Below, piece by piece: positions 63,985-64,000 of a stretch of 64,000 nucleotides of DNA. This DNA comes from an uncultured candidate division Zixibacteria bacterium. Lineage in GTDB: Bacteria; Zixibacteria; MSB-5A5; UBA10806. How positions within the stretch are numbered: the first letter of the stretch is position 1; every line of letters starts with the position of its first letter. The DNA lies in the NCBI GenBank assembly GCA_963817915.1, contig CAWFQL010000003.1, positions 104,129 through 168,128 on the forward strand, read 5' to 3'. A program made the translations under genes and the position numbers. The notes under the pieces are model-generated. The model had not been told where the DNA came from. It made no database searches and worked only from the letters and a program-made list of their open reading frames with translations.

Positions 63985-64000
63985 AACGTTGGGTCTTGAT
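63981..64000 (+). CDS. Probable start of the next gene (MKRWVL...), truncated by the window
   Basis: ATGA overlap with the transpeptidase stop; signal-peptide-like start. Confidence 0.45.

Overview
A gene-dense stretch of a Gram-negative bacterial chromosome. The gingipain-like C25 protein, the mfd + three-parvulin operon, SurA and the multiheme cytochrome suggest an FCB-group / Zixibacteria-like lineage (inference only). Housekeeping genes include gyrA, dciA-gyrB (about 38 kb from gyrA), ychF, lon, lepA, suhB, manB, hflX, an RqcP-like S4 protein, surA and mfd. Accessory blocks are: (i) a six-gene reductive pyrimidine catabolism operon (mmsA, beta-ureidopropionase, class III aminotransferase, preT, preA, hydA); (ii) a 7-heme cytochrome c with a near-consensus Rex box, next to a NapH-like Fe-S membrane protein and an HMA-like protein; (iii) pdaD - methyltransferase - speB - methyltransferase, my best candidate for an undescribed pathway (N-methylated polyamines); (iv) gmd-rmd-wbpA sugar genes; (v) a DUF4398-like lipoprotein and an L,D-transpeptidase. 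Intergenic regions carry at least four families of REP/REPIN-like palindromes, some with compensatory stem changes, but there is no transposase in the window. Ten genes, including essential gyrA, are broken by single-base indels, most likely long-read consensus errors rather than pseudogenes. I found no tRNA, rRNA, CRISPR array or prophage. All calls come from reading motifs by eye, without database searches.
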